This document shows, piece after piece, positions 31,469-40,838 of a stretch of DNA of 64,000 nt. A program made the translations under genes and the position numbers. The DNA is from a virus, in IMG/VR virus record IMGVR_UViG_3300045988_007161, positions 29,437 to 93,436 of that record; one strand, 5' to 3'. The notes under the pieces are model-generated. The model was given only the letters and a program-made list of their open reading frames with translations, was not told the DNA's origin and made no database searches. Numbering within the stretch: the stretch's first letter is position 1; every line of letters begins with the position of its first letter.

Positions 31469-32037
31469 TTGAACTTGAATATAAAATTTTTACATTGTTT
31501 ACTAATCCCATTACAACATCTTGATATGTTGGATAATCCAACTTTAGTACATCTTGATGCTTCACTCAAACCAGAATATTCAGCAATAAAGTTACCTTCT
31601 AAGTCATACTGCAACACTGGCTTATGTTTGTAATTCATACCAACTGTAGTATGATGCTTATTAAGATGGGGCAATTCACAGTAAGAGTTATTATCCTTGT
31701 AATGTCTTAACCCTTTCTTATTTTTAACCTTTAAGTGGACACCATTACCCTTCGTACTGTTATACCCATTATAATATGAATCATACTTCTCTATGTAGAA
31801 GGTTTCCAATTTATCCAAATCTGCCTTAGCAGTTTCCTTATCTGCATAAGTATTCTTCACTAATCTTTCATAAGTGAAATTCTCTGGACCAAACTTAGCC
31901 CTTGCACTATCAAATTTCTCTCCACCATAGTTTCTATTCAAAAAGAAAGAACCCCGATGAGAACACTCATCTATAGTTTGACCTATATAGACTGTCCCAT
32001 CGGGGCTGGTGTATTTGTATATAACTCCTGTTATCAT
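31465..32037 (-). CDS. GIY-YIG homing endonuclease with a NUMOD-like C-terminal domain
   Basis: GVIYKYTSPDGTVYIGQT...R...ETFYIEKYDS..GYN (GIY-YIG core). C-terminal LQYDLEGNFIAEYSGLSEASRCTKVGLSNISRCCNG. Has its own promoter motif. Confidence 0.8.
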   Translation of the reverse strand: MITGVIYKYTSPDGTVYIGQTIDECSHRGSFFLNRNYGGEKFDSARAKFGPENFTYERLVKNTYADKETAKADLDKLETFYIEKYDSYYNGYNSTKGNGVHLKVKNKKGLRHYKDNNSYCELPHLNKHHTTVGMNYKHKPVLQYDLEGNFIAEYSGLSEASRCTKVGLSNISRCCNGISKQCKNFIFKFK

Positions 32038-32059
32038 TACAGCCTATATTGTATTATGC

Positions 32060-32092
32060 TGCAAAGATAAGCAAATAATATCAGTTACACAA
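32060..32092 (-). promoter_or_regulatory. Bacteroidota-type promoter (TTG-N20-TATCTTTGCA) for the GIY-YIG gene
   Basis: Minus-strand TATCTTTGCA at 32060-32069 and TTG at 32090-32092. Confidence 0.6.
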
Positions 32093-32132
32093 GGATTTTA
32101 CTATTTTTATGTCAGAAGTATTAATGTAATAA

Positions 32133-32408
32133 TTATACTGACTTGCCACTACAAGATATTGAAGTGTTTGCTATATACTTTGGATAAGGAATCAAGCAGG
32201 TAGAACCATAGAGGCAATATAGTGCATTATCTATGACTCTATACTCATCCTCTGTTATGAAAGTACTACAATCACTCCCAAGCAAATCATAGATGAATAT
32301 CAGCACTAATAACTTATCTACTTCTGAGTAACTCATATACCCTAACTTTGATAGGACATTAAAGTACCTACTGAGTGATTCATATAATACATTATCCATA
32401 GCATCCAC
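32133..32408 (-). CDS. hypothetical protein (91 aa)
   Basis: ORF in the structural block that overlaps the upstream gene end. Confidence 0.4.
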   Translation of the reverse strand: MDAMDNVLYESLSRYFNVLSKLGYMSYSEVDKLLVLIFIYDLLGSDCSTFITEDEYRVIDNALYCLYGSTCLIPYPKYIANTSISCSGKSV

Positions 32409-32946
32409 ATTTACTTGTTACAGTTACATCTTTTATTCCCTGAAGGAATCTTTTCCAATATTTTATTGCCTCAGTATAGTGACCTGTCTTTACTGCAAGC
32501 TGGAATGCTTTGTATTGTAGTATAAAGTTGATAAAGTTCTTCGGGGTGACACAAGTATCACTCAGTTCTTTTATGTAGCCAAAGGCTTGCTGATACAGAG
32601 GATAAAGGTTAGTTACCACTCCAAGTGTTGTCACATTGTCCATTCCACAAGGAGTATTTGCAGCAGGAGTGCCTTTAGTCTTGACATACACAAAGAACAG
32701 ATTGTCATTAAGAGTAGGTAAAAGGTCTCCTATTCCCAGCTCTAATCTGACTGACTTTACATTTCCCTCAATAGTCTTTGAATATACTACTTCAGTACTT
32801 GGACCAGTTTCTATGAAGGTATCTTGAGTATCAATGAGTACTTCATCAAGATATACATCTGCATAATACTCTAAGTCCTTGACAGATATATCTATGATTA
32901 ACTTTGACCCATCAGGTATTATCTTTAGCTCATTAAATTGTACCAT
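32392..32946 (-). CDS. structural-module protein (184 aa), function unknown
   Basis: ORF directly downstream of a terminator. Confidence 0.5.
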   Translation of the reverse strand: MVQFNELKIIPDGSKLIIDISVKDLEYYADVYLDEVLIDTQDTFIETGPSTEVVYSKTIEGNVKSVRLELGIGDLLPTLNDNLFFVYVKTKGTPAANTPCGMDNVTTLGVVTNLYPLYQQAFGYIKELSDTCVTPKNFINFILQYKAFQLAVKTGHYTEAIKYWKRFLQGIKDVTVTSKCGCYG

Positions 32947-32961
32947 AGTGTATAGTTTATA

Positions 32962-32994
32962 TAAAAAGAAAGGGAGACTTATTAGGTCTCCCTT
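32962..32994 (-). terminator. rho-independent terminator after the 341-aa gene
   Basis: aagggagac/gtctccctt stem. Minus strand continues TTTCTTTTTAT. Confidence 0.7.
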
Positions 32995-33007
32995 TTATAG
33001 CTTTACC

Positions 33008-34033
33008 TTAGCTTGAAGAAACATCAAGAGTAGCTATAGTTAAACCTGTAGCAGTATTAATTGCAGAGATAATACTATTAGCAAGTTTGTTACTTGCTTG
33101 ATTATTAGCTCCTACCTTTGGTACTACAAGAGTAATTGTCTTTTCAGACTTTTGTACACTCTCATTGCTACCTACATAAGCATAGTGGATGTCAATCACA
33201 TTATACTTAACAGATGGGTCTACAAGATAAGTAGTAGGAATATTGTGAGGGAATCCAACTCCCCTGTAAATATCACCTCTCTCACCCATGCAGAAGTACT
33301 CAAGGTCAGCAATCTTCTTACCATTATCAATGGTGCCAGTAGGGTTAGTCTCCTTTACAGTACCCCAAATTCTCTCATCACCATTTACAGTGATTGTAGT
33401 AGGCTGTACTGTGAAGTACACAGGAACTTGCTCCATAATACCCAGTCTCCAAGGCTGCTCAACCTCAGCAATTACAAGTGCAGTGTAATTCTTAGTCAGA
33501 GACTCTTCCTTTGTAGTAGCATCTACAGGAACTGCCCTATCATCAGAGCTTGTTAGAGCAAACTTAACAAGGGGAACTACCTCTCTACTGAAGTTCTTAG
33601 CCAGTGATAGAGCCAGCTTCTTATAGAAGTCTGATGCTGACATGCCTGTATAAGCATGAACCATACCATACTTGTAATACTGGTCCTCATCTGACATACC
33701 TACATACTGTCTGAATGCAATTCTCAGTATGTAATCTTGTCCAGCTACAGGAGTACCACCATTAACATTTCTGTCAAGAGTTACTGTAACTGCCTTTAGC
33801 TTCTGTGCCATGTCATCAGCATCAATAGCCTTAGCATAAAGGATATTCTTGATGTCAATCAGGTCACTCCTCATCAAGTTATCAGCACCCTTGTACTCAA
33901 AGTACAGATGGTTCTTTGCAGTATCACTCTTTACTGCAATTGAGCCAGCAGCACCCCCTGCTAATACAGGGGAAGTATTTAGTGCTTTTGCCACATAAAG
34001 CTGTCTTACTTGATTTGTACTAAATGTTGCCAT
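33008..34033 (-). CDS. abundant-looking virion protein (341 aa; auxiliary capsid or head-fibre candidate)
   Basis: MATFSTNQVRQLYVAKA... Strong terminator immediately downstream. Role inferred from position only. Confidence 0.5.
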   Translation of the reverse strand: MATFSTNQVRQLYVAKALNTSPVLAGGAAGSIAVKSDTAKNHLYFEYKGADNLMRSDLIDIKNILYAKAIDADDMAQKLKAVTVTLDRNVNGGTPVAGQDYILRIAFRQYVGMSDEDQYYKYGMVHAYTGMSASDFYKKLALSLAKNFSREVVPLVKFALTSSDDRAVPVDATTKEESLTKNYTALVIAEVEQPWRLGIMEQVPVYFTVQPTTITVNGDERIWGTVKETNPTGTIDNGKKIADLEYFCMGERGDIYRGVGFPHNIPTTYLVDPSVKYNVIDIHYAYVGSNESVQKSEKTITLVVPKVGANNQASNKLANSIISAINTATGLTIATLDVSSS

Positions 34034-34063
34034 TTTAATTTAATATTAAATTATACAATAGTT

Positions 34064-34771
34064 TTACTCTTTTCCTGCATTTGGAACCTTACTCCTAATG
34101 GCAAGTTTCACTGCCCTTTCAAGTATAGCTCTATGTATTACAGGGTTCAATTCACATTCTGTTTTATCACTTACACCATTAATTGATAAGTTATCTGGTA
34201 ACTTGCTCAATATAATAGGTCTTGGTCTGGCAAGGTATCTTACAAGATATGTATCTATGTTATACTTGGACACTATCTCTACTACCTTTTCACTCAAGTC
34301 AAGTCTTACAGCCCTTCTCTCATTAGGACCTCTAAAAGGATTTTTCTTTATCCTATGATACTCATCTTGAGTTACAGGTATAACTGAGATACCTTCACCA
34401 TCCATACATCCCAACTCATCATCTTTCAAGTTCACTGCTTCATAGGTTATAAACCATAAATCCTCAGGTAACTTAAAGAAGACCGACTTGTTGGATAAAC
34501 CTGTATATCCCTCCTCTTTAGTAGAGGTTGTGTAAGTTCTTATAAGGTCACTCAAGTATCTTCTGATTTCCTCAGTCTTTTCAAATGAGTCCCTAAAAGG
34601 ATTCTTACCATTATACAGGTCTATCACTATCTCTTCTTGAGCATTAGTGAGAAATACTGATTTCTCATATTCATCAACCTCAACAGTATTAGGGGTCTTC
34701 CCGAAGACCTCCACATTAGAATAACTGTTTAGTAAGGTGTCAAACTCATTAGAAAATTCTTCAGTTGTCAT
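34064..34771 (-). CDS. structural protein, paralogue B of a tandem pair (235 aa)
   Basis: N-terminal EEFSNEFDTLLNSY...DEYEKSVFLTNAQEEIV and C-terminal ECELNPVIHRAILERAVKLA match the neighbouring ORF. Confidence 0.55.
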   Translation of the reverse strand: MTTEEFSNEFDTLLNSYSNVEVFGKTPNTVEVDEYEKSVFLTNAQEEIVIDLYNGKNPFRDSFEKTEEIRRYLSDLIRTYTTSTKEEGYTGLSNKSVFFKLPEDLWFITYEAVNLKDDELGCMDGEGISVIPVTQDEYHRIKKNPFRGPNERRAVRLDLSEKVVEIVSKYNIDTYLVRYLARPRPIILSKLPDNLSINGVSDKTECELNPVIHRAILERAVKLAIRSKVPNAGKE

Positions 34772-35508
34772 TATTCACTTCTTTGACCCATTTGTACTTG
34801 ACTATTAACATCACCTACATAAGCAGCTTTTGCAAGCTCAACTGCCCTTTGTAGTATCTCAGGGTGTAGTATGGAATCAAGTTCACAAGTCTGTGCCCTA
34901 CTTTGACCATCTAAGGTTACTCCTTCAAGGTCAGATAGTATAATAGCCCTTGGCTTCTTAATATATCTTATGTTGTAAGAGGTCAGTGTATCATTTGGTC
35001 CTGTTATAATCTCAGCACTGTTATCAGTAGTACTGTTATTTAACAATCTCCATGCTTGCCACTTTAGTGGTCTTTTATAAGGCTTGGACATTAATCTTGA
35101 GTATTCCTTGTACTCTATAGGAACAATAGTAAGTCTAACTGATTCCTGTACACTTTCAGGGTCTCCAGTACTCTTTGCTCTTGTTACAAGAGCATACTCA
35201 TTGAGTATCATAATGATGTCCTTAGGGAGGATAACAGTCTTACCTCTGGTGTCAAAGATGCCAGCAGTGAATCCTGTTGTAATGGCAGTACTTCTCATAA
35301 TCATAGAGAAGTCAATCTGCCTCTTCTCATTACCATCAAATCCTTCATTGTATTTATTACCCTTGGGATTGAAGTAATTCTTGACTATTTCATCTTGAGC
35401 CTTAGTTAGGAACACAGACTTTTCATACTCATCAAGACCCGGAGCTTGATTGCTCATTATGTTATTGTAAAGTACATCAAATTCATTTGAAAACTCTTGA
35501 TTAGTCAT
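34771..35508 (-). CDS. structural protein, paralogue A of a tandem pair (245 aa)
   Basis: QEFSNEFDVLYNNI...DEYEKSVFLTKAQDEIV...TCELDSILHPEILQRAVELA. Confidence 0.55.
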   Translation of the reverse strand: MTNQEFSNEFDVLYNNIMSNQAPGLDEYEKSVFLTKAQDEIVKNYFNPKGNKYNEGFDGNEKRQIDFSMIMRSTAITTGFTAGIFDTRGKTVILPKDIIMILNEYALVTRAKSTGDPESVQESVRLTIVPIEYKEYSRLMSKPYKRPLKWQAWRLLNNSTTDNSAEIITGPNDTLTSYNIRYIKKPRAIILSDLEGVTLDGQSRAQTCELDSILHPEILQRAVELAKAAYVGDVNSQVQMGQRSE

Positions 35509-35521
35509 AGCTTTTTTTTTG

Positions 35522-36520
35522 TTACTTCAGCTTAGCTTCCAAAGCAAACTTGACTTCCTGATGCTTAGGAGAGTTCAGATACTTGGCTGCTATATTCATT
35601 GTAGGCTCCTCATTAGCCTCACACAATGGAGTATTGTCTGCTCTTAGATACAGATAATTGCCTCTATTGGAGATTAGACCTGCTTCTATGCCCTTCTTAA
35701 TAAGAACCTTAGTAGAGAGCATTGGGTCAGTGATTACCTTCAAGAATATCTTGCTATCTGTCTGGATAAGCTCATTAGCCTTAGTCTGCAAGAACTCAAG
35801 CTTAGAAGACTGTGATGTAGGTCTGCCACTGATAGTCTCAATGATAACTCTCATTGTGTCTATATCATTCTCAATCTTACCAAACTCCTTATAGCACATC
35901 ATAGTTGCACTCATATTGCTCTTAGCAAGCTTGGTCTCTTCACCCTCAGAGATAATAACAAATTGATATGTAGCCTTAGGTGTATCTTGCAGTGCCTGCA
36001 TTGAGGGAGCAATATAATCCTTGTTAGCTAACAATATCTTATATCTTATGTAATCTTCAGGGTCAGTCAAGTTAAAGTAGTTATCCTGCTTTGTCAGTCT
36101 GACCTTGTTAATTCCATTCTCATTACTATCATCCCAAAAGTTATCTACTTTCTTATAAATGCTTAGGGCATTATATTCAAGTCCCATTACTTCTTCAAGG
36201 AAAGACTTTTCCTTGTCTGTAAGGACATTGACAAACATACCTGAGGATAATCTTGGTACTACAAAAGTTCTAACTGCACCCTCTGCCATACCTCCTGCAA
36301 GAATGTGTCTTGGGTTATTACCCCACATACCTGTCATTTTAGGTACATGCCTTACAATAATTCTCTCATTTCTGAGACAGCTAACTGGAGCATCTTCATC
36401 TACTGTCTCAACTTCCTTCTTTTGAGTCTTTCTTGGTTTCTGTGGTGTTTCTGCCTTAGGTACTTCTACCAATGGAGTCTCCATATCACCTAACTCAAAC
36501 TCTTCCATTTCTTTTGACAT
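35522..36520 (-). CDS. head-module protein (332 aa), function unknown
   Basis: Acidic N-terminus. Lies just downstream of the probable capsid gene. Confidence 0.5.
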   Translation of the reverse strand: MSKEMEEFELGDMETPLVEVPKAETPQKPRKTQKKEVETVDEDAPVSCLRNERIIVRHVPKMTGMWGNNPRHILAGGMAEGAVRTFVVPRLSSGMFVNVLTDKEKSFLEEVMGLEYNALSIYKKVDNFWDDSNENGINKVRLTKQDNYFNLTDPEDYIRYKILLANKDYIAPSMQALQDTPKATYQFVIISEGEETKLAKSNMSATMMCYKEFGKIENDIDTMRVIIETISGRPTSQSSKLEFLQTKANELIQTDSKIFLKVITDPMLSTKVLIKKGIEAGLISNRGNYLYLRADNTPLCEANEEPTMNIAAKYLNSPKHQEVKFALEAKLK

Positions 36521-36543
36521 ATCTTCTCCTTAAATGTTGTTAG

Positions 36544-36580
36544 AATAAAAATGGGGAGTAGGAGCTTTACCCTACTCCCC
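36544..36580 (-). terminator. strong rho-independent terminator after the probable capsid gene
   Basis: 10-bp perfect stem ggggagtagg/cctactcccc. Minus strand continues ATTTTTATT. Confidence 0.8.
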
Positions 36581-36586
36581 TTATCA

Positions 36587-38098
36587 TTAGCCCTGTAGAA
36601 TTGCAGGGATTAGTGACATTGTTCTTGTTGAGTCAAGAACACAGATACCAAGAGTAGCCATTCTGTGAATGATAGCACTATCCTCATCAAATGACATATT
36701 TGGATTACCCTTTTGACCTGTGAATGGGTTTCTTAGACCCCATTGATAACCCCTATACTCATTGTCACCCTTAATCTTACACTTGAAGATATTAGGTTGG
36801 TCCATAGTACCAATGTACATAATATCATATCTGTAAGAGAAGGCAACACCACCATTTGGGTGAAGTATCTTGTTTCTTACTGGGTCATCATAGAATGGGT
36901 CTACATCAATCTTAACTCTTACACCATTAGGTGCCTTGTACTCTACAAATTGGAAACCAGCACTTAGTGAGTTTTGGTGTAGCTTAGATTGAGTCTTCTG
37001 GATAACACCAATAGAGCTGTTATCAAGAACAAACTGAGTCCAACCAGATACAGTCTTCAGTACTTCCTTGTGGAATTGGATAGCACCTCTTTCACCAGTC
37101 TTGATTAAGAAGTATCTGTCTCCAAAGTCTAACTTAGAAGCACTTAGCTCATACAGAGCATCCTCAAGCAGCTTCAGTGAGAATGTGTTGTAATACATAA
37201 TATTAGCAACTTCCATTTGCTCAAACAGACCTGCACCAGTCTTAATCACATTACCAGACTTACCAAAGTTCATGTACTCACCATTGGCATTTCTATTGCT
37301 TCTACCAAATGCAAGAGCATTGTTCTTGTACTCAGAGAATTGGCACTCAACCTCCCAGTCTACATTGTGCATCCACATTGTAGCAATTGACTTAGTATAT
37401 CTACCCTCAGTCTCCTTAACAATAGGAATACCTACAGCCAGCTTCTTGTTCAGCATAGAGCCTGGAACCTTGTGTTGGATTCTTACTACAGACCACTCAT
37501 TTCTCATAGAAACAGGGCTTGTAAATCTTACATCACCAACCTTTCTTGAAAGTTCCTTCTCAACAAATGCAGCCTCAACTGAGAATCTCTCACCTGCAAG
37601 CAGTCTCTCAGCAGGTACACCAACAGTGTTACCACCAGCAAGCTCTACCTTATATACTGCATTAGTACCCTCCATTCTTGGGTCTCCAAGGATTCTGAAC
37701 TGATAGATTTCATTGAGATTACCTACAATATACTCACCATCAGCAAACCAATCTTCGGGGAATACAAGATAGAAAGGAACAGTACCTACACCTACCATAC
37801 CAGTAGTAGAAGTAACTACAGTACCATTCTCATTTCTTGCTTCTACCAGAGGAATATTTCTTCTTGAAGAACCAATAACATCCCAGTAGTACTCATTGTC
37901 ATCCTCAAATTCTCTTGTTGGGAATTGATTAAGGAATGTGTCAAGTGTCTTTCCTCTGTAATAAGCTAACAGTTGCACCATCAGGTTAGTAGCCTTTTGT
38001 GGAGCTAACTGAAAGATAGAACCAAGGTGGTTTTCCTTAGTAAGACCCTTCCAATGTGAAAAGCCTACCATCTGAAATTTACCTAACTTTCCAGCCAT
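36587..38098 (-). CDS. probable major capsid protein (503 aa)
   Basis: Size typical of crAss-like capsid proteins. Follows an acidic scaffold-like gene and is bracketed by a promoter and a strong terminator. No motif-level proof. Confidence 0.55.
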   Translation of the reverse strand: MAGKLGKFQMVGFSHWKGLTKENHLGSIFQLAPQKATNLMVQLLAYYRGKTLDTFLNQFPTREFEDDNEYYWDVIGSSRRNIPLVEARNENGTVVTSTTGMVGVGTVPFYLVFPEDWFADGEYIVGNLNEIYQFRILGDPRMEGTNAVYKVELAGGNTVGVPAERLLAGERFSVEAAFVEKELSRKVGDVRFTSPVSMRNEWSVVRIQHKVPGSMLNKKLAVGIPIVKETEGRYTKSIATMWMHNVDWEVECQFSEYKNNALAFGRSNRNANGEYMNFGKSGNVIKTGAGLFEQMEVANIMYYNTFSLKLLEDALYELSASKLDFGDRYFLIKTGERGAIQFHKEVLKTVSGWTQFVLDNSSIGVIQKTQSKLHQNSLSAGFQFVEYKAPNGVRVKIDVDPFYDDPVRNKILHPNGGVAFSYRYDIMYIGTMDQPNIFKCKIKGDNEYRGYQWGLRNPFTGQKGNPNMSFDEDSAIIHRMATLGICVLDSTRTMSLIPAILQG

Positions 38099-38140
38099 TT
38101 TGATTTAATTTATCAGTTATTTTAATCTTATACCACAGGC

Positions 38141-39313
38141 TTAGACATCAAGTTTCCAACCCCTCTCAACAAATGACTCAGGGTCCTCATCAACTCCACT
38201 TACATATTTCAGATTACCATCTGAGGCTCTTGCAGTATTGTTGAGAGTATTCTCAAGCTCTCTAAGACCTTTCTTTACTTCTTTCTTTACTTTACCTTTC
38301 ACCAAACCATCAAGGTTCTTAAAGCCATCAGTTAGTGTGAAAAGTAACCCAATGTTCTTTAGGAAGTCAGTTCTATGCTCCATTTCATATTTCTGAATGG
38401 CAGTATAGTACTCCCCTGTCTCTGGGTCTTTGTAGACAGGCTTTGCTATATTATCATATATCTTCTGCCTTGTTGATTTATCAACAGATAAATCCCCAAA
38501 TACATCCTTGTCATTAAGGATTGAAGATTTGAGCTTTTCAGCCTGTTCCTTTCTTTCATTCTCTTCCTGTTCTGCTTCTGACTTTGCATCATTGATAAGT
38601 TCATCATACTTATCCTTGAAGAAGTCTCTATTGCTTTTCAAAGCCTCTTTAGCATCATCAATGTCAGTTCCAGCATTGAAGGACTTCTGAACTTCTCTTG
38701 CAGCCCTTTCCTTACTATAACCTCTATTGATAAAATCTTGATAGATTAGGTTCTTTCTAAGTTTCTCACCCTCATCACCCTCATCAGAGATATTCTCCTC
38801 CTTAATGGAGTCAAGATAATTGATAGTATTCTCATACTTCTTTATCTCTGTAGGTTCAACTCCAGCACTAAGAGCCTCATCAATTCTTTTCTGTCTCTCA
38901 TCAAGACCAGCTTTGATTTGTTGCTCAATTAAATCTCTGAAATCCTCAGGTTCTTTAACTTTAGAAAGTCCTTCATCATCAAGGTCTGGGAAGATACCTT
39001 CCTCTTTCAAGGCTTTGGCAATGGAAGAGTAGAAGTTTTTGGGAGAAGTGCCACTACCTTTTGGAGTGGTATCTTCCTTTTCCTCTGTATTTTCTTTTCC
39101 ACTACCTACGCTCTCTGGTGTGTCAGTAAATAAGTTATCTACATCAACAACCTCAGTAGTTTCTTCTTTATCCTTATCTTTATTGCCCTTATCATTAGGG
39201 TCTGTCTCCTCATTACTCTCAGGAGGAGTCTCCTGTGATTCATTGTCATCTACAAACAGATTCTCTATTTCCTCTGCTCCTAAGATGTTGTCTAAGCTTA
39301 ACTCTTCTTCCAT
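38141..39313 (-). CDS. highly acidic, helical scaffold-like protein (390 aa)
   Basis: About 100 aa of D/E/K-rich low-complexity N-terminus, coiled-coil rest. Lies immediately upstream of the capsid candidate. Confidence 0.5.
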   Translation of the reverse strand: MEEELSLDNILGAEEIENLFVDDNESQETPPESNEETDPNDKGNKDKDKEETTEVVDVDNLFTDTPESVGSGKENTEEKEDTTPKGSGTSPKNFYSSIAKALKEEGIFPDLDDEGLSKVKEPEDFRDLIEQQIKAGLDERQKRIDEALSAGVEPTEIKKYENTINYLDSIKEENISDEGDEGEKLRKNLIYQDFINRGYSKERAAREVQKSFNAGTDIDDAKEALKSNRDFFKDKYDELINDAKSEAEQEENERKEQAEKLKSSILNDKDVFGDLSVDKSTRQKIYDNIAKPVYKDPETGEYYTAIQKYEMEHRTDFLKNIGLLFTLTDGFKNLDGLVKGKVKKEVKKGLRELENTLNNTARASDGNLKYVSGVDEDPESFVERGWKLDV

Positions 39314-39344
39314 ATTCTTCTACTTCTTAGTGTTCTTAAAACAG

Positions 39345-39377
39345 TGCAAAGGTAAGTAAAGTTTTGCACACCTACAA
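39345..39377 (-). promoter_or_regulatory. Bacteroidota-type promoter (TTG-N20-TACCTTTGCA)
   Basis: Minus-strand TACCTTTGCA at 39345-39354 and TTG at 39375-39377. Confidence 0.6.
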
Positions 39378-39430
39378 GATAGTAAATAAATCACTTATTA
39401 TTAGTATATAAAAATACTTTAGATATGGGC

Positions 39431-39461
39431 AAAAAGAAAGGGTGAAGTATCAACTCCACCC
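39431..39461 (-). terminator. rho-independent terminator
   Basis: gggtgaagt/actccaccc stem. Minus strand continues TTTCTTTTTG. Confidence 0.6.
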
Positions 39462-39468
39462 TAACATA

Positions 39469-39705
39469 TTAGTACTCTCTGAAGTACTCCATTAGCTTAT
39501 TTTCAGACTTGGCATCTGCATCCTTAAACCAGAATACTATAGCAGACTCAACCACCTTTTGCTCAATATCATTACCAAACCAGTTCTTAAACAGTTCTGC
39601 ATAGTCATGGTATTGAGAGTTGATAGCTACATATACATCAGCAGATGTTACAGATGATGGGAGTATCCCCCTATATCTTTCACAAATCTCCTTTGCTTTG
39701 TGCAT
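39469..39705 (-). CDS. hypothetical protein (78 aa)
   Basis: ORF track. Confidence 0.45.
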   Translation of the reverse strand: MHKAKEICERYRGILPSSVTSADVYVAINSQYHDYAELFKNWFGNDIEQKVVESAIVFWFKDADAKSENKLMEYFREY

Positions 39706-39715
39706 ATCAAACTTC

Positions 39716-39847
39716 TCACCAGTGTACTGGTAATTTACCTTCTCTTACATAATTATCAAATGTTGCTCTACTAATGTTCAAATACTCACAAGCTGCATAC
39801 TTGCTTAATCTCTTCTCTTTATCAGTGAACCTCTTCAAACTGTCCAC
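39716..39847 (-). CDS. small helix-turn-helix protein (about 43 aa from GTG; the open frame extends further upstream without ATG/GTG/TTG)
   Basis: ...KRLSKYAACEYLNISRATFDNYVREGKLPVHW* resembles excisionase/AlpA-type HTH. Below the ORF-track size cut-off. Confidence 0.4.
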   Translation of the reverse strand: MDSLKRFTDKEKRLSKYAACEYLNISRATFDNYVREGKLPVHW

Positions 39848-39896
39848 TATCTCAATAGCTTCTCCCTCAGTTATATTTGAATTACCTGCATCTATG

Positions 39897-40298
39897 TCAT
39901 CTACTATCTTCAGTAACAGGCTTCTTATGACTCTTAATATATAAGTATAATATTATGAACAGTGAAACACCTGTGATAGCTCCATGCACCATTAACAACT
40001 CCAAGTCTCCTATAGGTATTCCAATGTAGTAGTCAGTTATATTTATGACATCTACAACCAGTATGTAGTATAGGAACATCTTGTGATATGCACAAAATCT
40101 GAATACAGTAGCTGCCACATACATAAATATCCAAGGCAACAAAGACATTCCTGCAATATTACTCAATGCAGGAATGTCTATATAGAAATAGGAGAGCACA
40201 GTATTAGCTATATAGAATAATGTTATTAGCATAGGAATATACTTCAACATTACTACTAACAGCTTATACAAAGACTTACTTTTTAATCTTTCCTCCAC
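39897..40298 (-). CDS. multi-pass membrane protein, holin candidate (133 aa)
   Basis: Three to four hydrophobic helices and a charged C-terminus, adjacent to other lysis-type genes. Confidence 0.45.
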   Translation of the reverse strand: MEERLKSKSLYKLLVVMLKYIPMLITLFYIANTVLSYFYIDIPALSNIAGMSLLPWIFMYVAATVFRFCAYHKMFLYYILVVDVINITDYYIGIPIGDLELLMVHGAITGVSLFIILYLYIKSHKKPVTEDSR

Positions 40299-40364
40299 AA
40301 CTATACCTTGTTCTTTTAATGCCTGCCTTTGGAGACATTGGCTTTGGTCTTCTCTTTGCCATAG

Positions 40365-40838
40365 TTATAATATTTTAATGGTTATTTTCTCACCTTTATC
40401 ATGCTTGTCTTTAAGGAGTTTATACAGCTCCTTGAATGTAGCTTGGCTATTTATTACCTGACCTTTAACTTTGTTTTGTCCTACTAATAGGCACCCATCA
40501 GTATCTTTGTCAGTATTGCCAGCATGGATAAGTATGCCTTCAAACCCCTTTACATTAAGTAGTCTTGGTAGCTTACCATCACATATTTGCTTATAGAATG
40601 TCTTAGTACAAAACCTTGGAGAAATTACATCTAATGTAATCTCGTAAGTACCTTTAGGGATGGCAGTAATTGAAGGCTTCTTCAATTCCTTAATCTTAGA
40701 TAAGGACATTGAATCATCCAACCCTCTGTCAGCATCCTCAAGTACATTGCAGAACCATTTGCCATCAATAGTAAGATTACTGATTGTGTAATTCTGCTTC
40801 TTCCACTTTCTGTCTACTATTAGTTCCATTTTGTTCAT
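40365..40838 (-). CDS. cell-wall hydrolase (endolysin) candidate with a YkuD-like His...Gly-Cys signature (157 aa)
   Basis: GILIHAGNTDKDTDGCLLVGQN resembles the catalytic H...GC motif of L,D-peptidase folds. Lies in a lysis context. Confidence 0.35.
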   Translation of the reverse strand: MNKMELIVDRKWKKQNYTISNLTIDGKWFCNVLEDADRGLDDSMSLSKIKELKKPSITAIPKGTYEITLDVISPRFCTKTFYKQICDGKLPRLLNVKGFEGILIHAGNTDKDTDGCLLVGQNKVKGQVINSQATFKELYKLLKDKHDKGEKITIKIL

